DNA from: Welwitschia mirabilis
Taxonomy: Eukaryota
Length of the DNA: 44,583 nucleotides
NCBI GenBank assembly: GCA_051453625.1
Contig: JBOZIK010000001.1
Span: 31,016,724 to 31,061,306 of the forward strand
Reading direction: 5' to 3'
In this document: positions 36,838 to 44,583 of the stretch, piece by piece
Layout of the letters: each line of letters begins with the position of its first letter
Numbering within the stretch: position 1 is the first letter of the stretch
Made by a program: the position numbers and the translations under genes
Notes under the pieces: model-generated
What the model was told of the DNA's origin: nothing
The model's input: only the letters and a program-made list of their open reading frames with translations
Database searches by the model: none

Positions 36838-39800
36838 TGTGATGCCAATTGCAAGATTTTAGTAGGGTATTTTGAGTACTTTTATAGGACATTTGTACAG
36901 GCATATATGTAATTCTGATGATTATACAGAGTCAATGGAATGCATGTAAACATGTAATTCTTAACATATTTGGAGGCATTTCTAATACTCAATACTTTGC
37001 AGGAAGATCAATGATGCAAAAGGCTAACTTTTCTTAAGTTAAAAAGATAAGAAAGACTATTGTTTCAACTATTGTCCCCATGATATATAGGATGATAGCA
37101 CTTTAGTAGCTATTTGATATGCTGAGATGGACTAGATCTAGGAGCCAATAAGACCTCTTTTCTAAATAGGTGTCATTCTTAGTGTTATCCCCATAACATG
37201 TAGGATGACAACACATTTAGATCCAATTATGAGTTGACTGTGGAGCTAAAAATTTATATTCATTCATTATTATGAGTTTTTAACCTACTATTGTTCCCAT
37301 GATAGTTAAGACAATACCGAAATTACTCACCAATATTTATCTATTTCATTCTTTTCTTTCTTAGGATTGAGCACATTTTCCAGCACAACCATTACATCTT
37401 GAGTGATGGTTACTTGTTTTTGTTATATAAATAAACCTTTTCTTTGATCCTTCTATCATATTTAATGCACTAGAAATTCTTATGATATGAGATCAAAGGG
37501 CATGAGATTCATCTTGAGTAGTTGCAAAGAGACATCTCCTTAGTATTAGGCTATGCATCCTCCATTTCAGTGTAGTTGTCTTTAATCTAAATGCTAATTT
37601 AATAAATGTAAACTCTATTTCTCTTTCATTTCTTCAATACTTTAAATATCCTTTATGGTTTATATTATTCTTGATTTGGTGGTAGTTTCACTTATGATAT
37701 AAGTCTTAGGACAAATATTTATTAAGGTTATTGATATTAGTTTATGAGCATTCTACATTACACCCTATTCTACTTACTTGATAACTTAAGTTAGTCTTAT
37801 TTAGTAACAATTTTTCTATTTGATTTAGGTCATGTAAGGTCAATTTTTTTGACAAGTCAATTTGGTGATCAGATAGGTGTTCATCTAGATTAGGTTGCAT
37901 TCACATTACATTGTGTGTTTTTCTTTTTTTTTTACATCATTACATTAAGTTTAATGAAATATGATATTTTTTTAAAAATCCATTCTCCTTCTTCTCTCAC
38001 ATGCTTTCAATAGGTTTATGACATTTGGGTCACTTTCATCTTTACTAGTATGTCATATTTCCAATATATTTATTTGTGATTAAAAGGATTTAATAAAGGA
38101 TAGAACATTCTAAAATTATGCACTGCAACATCTTGGCACTGTTACCAAGGAAGGCTACTAAGGAGTACGAGGATTATCATTACTCAGGTGAGTAAATTGG
38201 AATGTACTTTGAATATTATCTGTAGTAACACTATATTTCTAATTAGAATCATAGGTTTTCTTTTTGCAGTTTTTGATTTTTTAGTCTGTAATAAGTACTA
38301 TCATCTCCTATGTCATTCCCATGACACTGAGGATGACAATTCATAGATTTATTTTTTAAATAATTTTTTTAGGTCTTATATTTTTTTAATCATAATAATA
38401 TGTCATTTTTACTATCGTCCCAATGACACATAGGACAACAGTGGCTACAATTCATTCTTTTTGTTTTGCAAATTTTTTTGAGTGGTCATTCTGTTAGTCA
38501 TCCCCACAATGTTTAAAATGATAACCATTATGCATCTTTTAAGTGTTAAGAATCTAAACAATTTTGATAAAAAGATAAAATGTTAAGAATAGTAAAAATT
38601 CATCTTTACTATGTACTTATCTTTTCTTATCATCTTAAATTAAATTCTCTTTTTCCATTTTTGTTAATTTCTTTAATGAATAGTAATAGAGAACCCTTGG
38701 GGAAATTCTTTTTGAGAAAAGGAAAAACTTTAGAAATTTTGAGGATAATGGGAAAACAAACACTTCAATAAATTTTTACAAAAAGAGGGAGAACAACATA
38801 AATGGCATTGAGAGTAAGAATTGGGTACCTTCTTCTTTTCAACCTTCTTATTCTTCTTCCTCTTATTTTCAAACTTCATATAGAAATGACAATAAAAATT
38901 TTTAACATTTTAGGAATTCCACCCCATTTAGAGGAATTTCCTATAATCATTTTTATTAATCCCAATCATTTCCCATGCATTACTATAAAGAGGACAATCC
39001 ACCCCATATAAATTAATATGAGGGAAAAAGAAATTCAATTAAAGAAATGATTGATGAAATGAAGAAGAGCCAAGAAAATATTAATCAAAATCTAGAAAAT
39101 TTGATTCAAATCTTTTAAAAAATACTATTACAAAATTAAGATTCTTTTATAATACATCTTCAAACCTATCCTACTAGAACCTATCTTTAGGAAAATGAGG
39201 AGATCTCCGAAATAAATGATAATAATTCTTGCTTTCAAATAAAAGATGAAATTTTGGATGAAACTTCAACATCCTACTCATTAGAAGATGAGCAAAAGGG
39301 AGACAATAATAACTCAACTCAATTTTTCAATAATAAGGATAAGAATGACCATTCATTAGATGATGATATTGAGGTATTAGATTATATTCCTATCATCCAT
39401 TTACTACTAGACAATCTAGATGAAAAATCCATTCATGAAGAATTTGAAAAATCTTTAATATATGATGAAGATGATGCTTACATTTCTCTTAATGACTTTT
39501 TCAATAAATCTAAAAACTAAGAGAATAAGAGCCAAACTCCATAAGAGAAGAAGATATAGTTACAAACAATGATGAGAAAAGTAAAAAAACAATCCAGCAA
39601 AATAATAATAAAGATAACAATGATGAAAATTACCAAAATAAAGGACCCATAAAGATTTATTTAAACTTTATAGAGGATAGACTTGTTCATTATACTCATG
39701 CTTCTCTATCTTTTTACCTATGTCTTCATGTATAACTTTAAATCACATCCTTCTTTACAATTCTATTTCAACTTCCACATTACCTTATGATCTTGATAAT

Positions 39801-41943
39801 GATAATCTTTCTCCATCTCTTCCATTTGAACCTTCATGTAATTCTCATAGTCATGTTTCCTTTTTTAACTTTTATGAAACTCATAATTTTAAAGAGTCTA
39901 TCCTCCTATATCTCAATCTCTTCCTTTTAAAGATCTATGTGATACTCAAAGTAACATCCTTTCTTTTTCTACCAAGTCTACTTCATCTTATGCTTTTAGT
40001 GATTATCCTTTTTAAAAGTTTAACTTAGAACATCTTGGAATTTTAAATTGGGGTAAACCTTATTTTCTTCGTGATAATCCATGCTTAGAGTTGAATCTTA
40101 AGAAGCTTTTCAATCTTATTAGACATTCTTAAAAGCCATTAAAAACTTCTTGAATCCATTCTTTGGGTAGTACCTTAAATGAATTATATAATTCTACTCA
40201 TGATTTATAATGTCTTAATAAAAGATTATTCGTCAATGAAATTTATCACTTCTTCATCTCTTATTTGGATTTTGAAATTTGTGCTATCAAAGTTCTATCA
40301 TTTTACTCTCTTTTNNNNNNNNNNNNNNNNNNNNNNNNNNNNNNNNNNNNNNNNNNNNNNNNNNNNNNNNNNNNNNNNNNNNNNNNNNNNNNNNNNNNNN
40401 NNNNNNNNNNNNNNATTCCTCTATCTCTCAATATCTTACTTTTAAAAATATATGTGATACCTAAAGTAACATCCTTCCCTTTTCTATCAAGTCCACTTTA
40501 CCTTGTGCTTTTAATAATTATTCTTTTTAAAAGTTTAACTTAGAATATTTTTAAATTTTAAATTAGAGTAAATCTTATCTTCTTGATGATAATCCATGCT
40601 TAGAAATAAATTTTAAGGATCTTTTCGATCTCCCTAAACATTTTCAAAAGTCCTTAAAAACTTCTTAAATCCATTCTTTGAGTTATTTCTTGAATGAATT
40701 TTATAATGATACTCATAATTTATAATGTTTTAATCAAATATTATTTGTTAATGAAATTTATCACTTCTTTATATCTTACTTAAATTCTGAAATTTTTGCA
40801 ATTAAAGTTTTATCTTTCTACTTTCTTTTCCTTTAATTGATTTTATTTGAAAATGATTGTATACCTTTTATGTTTCATTAATTGGTTTCTATTTGGTTTA
40901 GCCCTTATTTTTCTAAACATACAATATTAAGTGCATCTTTTACACAACTAGTTAAACCTCTTAATGCTTAGGTCCTTACCTTTATAATACATACATCTTA
41001 AATGGATTATTAAAATCTTTAACTTGAACACTTAGGAAATATAGAAGTTAATAAATAAAGTTTAAAAATCATGGAAATGTCTATTGATTAAATATTAAAC
41101 ATGATAGAAGTACTTATCTTGGATTTTCCTCCTACCATTATCTAAATTCTTCTTTAGCCAATTCTTTTGGTAAATGTCATACTATTACTTGATCATCTTT
41201 AAATTGATTCATATTTTACTTTATAGAGTTATCATGACTAGTAAATCTTTTACTTGAGCATTCTAAAGTGATAAGATGGGGCTCACCCAATTTTAAGACA
41301 TTCATATGTTTATAAAATTATTTTGAAGAAATATGCCTTGGTTCTTTTTTTTTTTCTTTCTCAATGATTTAAGTCTTTAGTTGTTTTGGTATTCTTCCTT
41401 GTTTTTCATCTCATTACTTCATTCTTATCCTTAAGAAAAATTGGTCATGTGAAATTTAATTTTTTATTTAGAAAAAGGAAAAAAGAATATAGAGAAAGAA
41501 AGAAATAAAGAAAGAAAGAAAGAAAAGAAATAAATAATGATCATGATCTTTCATACCTAAGCTAAAACCATGATCATTATGATGTCCTACTACAAATACA
41601 CCAGGGCAAGTTTTCCTAAGAGAGGCCTTTGGCAGTGTGATATGATAGCTATAAAAACTTTACTATAGGGTTAGTTGGCCATTCTATATAGATCCTTACT
41701 ACTTTGGCAGTTATTTTACTCCCCTCATCATAGAAAAATAATTTTTACTAAGAGACTATAGGATTAGTAATGTCCCTAGAGTTATCAAAGGCATTGCTTA
41801 TTTTTTAGAGTTATTTTTGATATAGTACTTCAATATGATCATTCTACTTTTATGGATTCTGATGTTATTTTGGGGTATGACTAGGTGAGTTCATTTCTAA
41901 GCATATTTTAATCTTATCATTTATTAATTAATAATATTATTAT
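36838..41943 (+). mobile_element. Athila-like element B, no pol detected, inserted into the RT of element A
   Basis: LTR 36838-38130 begins TGTGATGCC...TAGGGTATTTT, similar to LTR A. PBS TGGCACTGTTACCAAGG at 38134. Leader homologous to 32462-32620. Internal region is degenerate and low-complexity; matching 3' LTR not found. Confidence 0.7.
39895..40830. repeat. Diverged tandem duplication of about 420 bp separated by an N-gap
   Basis: 39900-40314 versus 40415-40830 (ORF fragments LKIYVILKVTSFLFL and LKIYVIPKVTSFPFL). Too diverged to be an assembly overlap. Confidence 0.85.
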
Positions 41944-43141
41944 TGGTTGCCTAAATTACACTTTAAAAATAGTCAATTCTAAAAATAATGGAATTGAAAC
42001 TAGGCTTAGTATAGAGTGATTCAACCAACAAATGTTGTAATCTAGAGAGCATAAGATAACATGATAATCAAGCACATAAATAAGAAAGAATAAATACTTT
42101 AATTTCAGTCCAATCTGTTTGATCAATTTTGTATTTTTTTAATGCAAAAAGGGAAATTAACAATGTAACTATTCTAATGTAAAATGAAAAAATGAAAGAG
42201 AGATGAAGATGCAAGCCTATGATAACAAAATTTCTGAGTTATTTTCATATAAACTTAGCCCTTATGACCTATACTTAATTCATAATTAATCTAGGAAGTA
42301 TCATTAATTAAACTTTAATATAAGCCATAAGAGAAATAATAAGAATTGAAGAAGAAAGACATTATATTAAATAAATGGAATGTCTTACAAACACCTCAAC
42401 AAGGCACTGATTCCTTAATGTTAAAAGCATAGCCTAATCACTAGGAATGAACTCTTCTATTCTAAAATGGACCCTTGACGCATTGGATGCCTTTTTTACC
42501 AATCCTCTAATGCCAAAAAGATACTAAATTATGTCAAATAAGGCATTTTTATATTTTTCCTAAGGTGGTTATAGGTCTGGAAGGTCGATACAGGTAGAGA
42601 GGTATTATTAGGCATAAATTAGACCTTAATAATTAACTTAAGTAGGAAGAATTTATGATATTGTTTTGTCACTGTTGTCATTAGCATGACACATGACATG
42701 ACACCCCTTCATCATCCAATCATAGGCCATTATGTCAGAAGCCTCTTAGGGTTTGAATTTGAAACATGATGGATATGACGTTCCCTGTGTTGTGGAGACG
42801 ATATAGGGCACAACAGACACCTAGACTTGCTACCTCAGCCTTACCAAGATAGCCTTCAAAAGTCATCCTCGAATGCCTTAATCCTTATGATTATCCCCTC
42901 TGTCATGAGGATGATAAAAAGGAAGATAACCATGTTGTTGGTCTTTTCATCCACTCTTTACTCCACTTTATTCCTTAGTTGAATTCTTGTTTTTATGGAG
43001 GAAAATATGGCACTTAAGATCATAACGGATTTGTTATATCGGTTCACAATAAAATTCCAGAAAATAATTGAATTAAGTTTTTATTCCTTGCAAAACATTT
43101 CCAATTAAACTATTAAAATATGATAATTTGGGATCGCAACA
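41944..43141 (-). repeat. Probable 3' LTR of minus-strand Athila-like element C
   Basis: Minus strand TGTTGCGATCCC...GGCAACCA, about 1.2 kb. Preceded by GGGACTAATAAAATGCTAG, an Athila-type pre-LTR motif. Partner LTR lies outside the window. Confidence 0.55.
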
Positions 43142-43405
43142 TAGGCATTCATCTAGCATTTTATTAGTCCCTTAATAAACAAAGTAAAAGAGAACTTTGC
43201 AATGCCAAATTACTAGGAAAATAAAACCTCAAAATCTAATCAAAAATTACATTGCATATCTAGATAAACTAGCAATTTAAGATAAAAGAAAGTTATCATC
43301 AAATAACATTATATAAATATCAATTAATAGTTCAAAAATAATGTTCCTTAGTACAATGATATAAAAGAAGCACAATTTCTTTAAAACTCAGAAGTACATC
43401 AACAA

Positions 43406-44400
43406 TTATGGGTTTCTGTGTGAAGAGGACTGGAACTCAACCTCCATATCAGTGTCTCTTTTACCACTTATCTCAATAGATGGCTCAATGATATGCTCTT
43501 TAATATCTAAAAAGTAATGAGAGATGTGCTCTTGTAGGCTGGATGTGATCACATCATGATGAATACAAACCATCTCAGAGATGTCCATTGAAGTATCCTG
43601 CTAAATATCTGTCACCCTCTCTAAGGTTTCTTGACCCTGCTCCTCTATAGCATAAATGCATGCCTTCAACTAATCGAGTCATAGGGTAATATGCCACAAA
43701 GATCCTTGATCTATGAAGATAACCTCTACTTCATTCCTCCTAATAATGTCATGAACTAATCTAGGGTGATGTCTCCAACTACCTGGGACTATCCAAGAGG
43801 AGGTGGTTGTGCTGCAGATGCCTCACTAGGAGCTGGTGAAGTCATATCAGGGATCTCTATCCCTAGTTGTCTGAAATAGGTATCATCAGCTAAGATGTTG
43901 ACTAAGTAAAAAGTCTCCACTAGAATTAGGATCTCAAATCATGGAAATATAGTATTCAGTAGATAAGGATAGGCGATGATAAAAAATTGACACTGGGTGC
44001 TCATCCATCTCAATCAGTGCCAAATAAATGTGGCTAAGTCCATCCTCTCTTCATGATGAATAAGGGCTAAAATCTGAAAATGGGTAATCATAGCATGGGA
44101 GTTATGACGAACTAGAGCTATGTTATGGATAATGAATTAATGAAGGATATGGTAATAAGAAGGTAATTATGTCACAAATACCCCTCTGTTGCTCCACCAA
44201 CTTAAGTGTATTTGATAGTGTATTCTGAGTTGTTTTGCAGATAAACTAACAGATAAATGCTCGGTTTCTATGACAATTGACAATCAAGGAGCATAAGATA
44301 AAAACATGCAGTTTATCATATAATTCTCGAAGATTTCATATAGTTTTGGATAAATTGTATTTTCGGATGATTAATTCAGCAAACAACCACAGATCTGACT
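43406..44400 (-). pseudogene. Degenerate extra 3' ORF ('env-like'/putative plant transposon protein) of element C
   Basis: Minus-strand fragments HSLIIHNIAL...ALIHHEERMDLATFIWH...IAYPYLLNTIF...TSPAPSEASAAQPPP, ending in the ORF at 43406-43588. Position is between pol and the 3' LTR. Confidence 0.5.
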
Positions 44401-44583
44401 GACAAAGGACAACTAGAAGACTGTCGTCTCCTATGTCGTCCAGATGATAGTCAGGACGACAACCCTTCTTCGACAGATCATAGACTTAATTCCAGAATAC
44501 TTGCAGTTGAAGTGAACATCTTTTCATCAGTCTCCATCGTTCACCTAATGGTCCAGATGACACTAGTGGACAACATCTTTAGA

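Noticed and set aside
41878-41943. Possible start of element B's 3' LTR after TTTTGGGGTA
   Set aside because: Does not align with the LTR start at 36838 and is cut by the next insertion.

Overview
AT-rich, CpG-depleted eukaryotic DNA from a draft assembly with several N-gaps, almost certainly a land plant. It reads as a nested graveyard of decayed retroelements. I found no intact host gene, rRNA or CRISPR array, and the ORF track is mostly spurious or retroelement fragments. Recognisable parts: (1) an Athila-like gag remnant; (2) a 2.5-kb non-autonomous LTR element; (3) a possible endogenous pararetrovirus (Caulimoviridae) movement-protein fragment; (4) a complete but decayed Ty1/Copia element at 12566-18273 with TSD CTTAA; (5) a second Copia gag-pol remnant; (6) three Athila-like Ty3/Gypsy pieces, one inserted in the RT of another; (7) a degenerate tRNA-like sequence. 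The most unusual structure is a 4.1-kb unit at 19155-23280. It has 272-bp terminal INVERTED repeats, TGT...ACA ends and a perfect 5-bp target-site duplication (ATTTC), which is a retro-integrase signature on a foldback architecture. It carries a chromovirus-type LTR preceded by three stacked LTR-end/PBS junctions. All calls come from reading and translating by eye; no database search was run.
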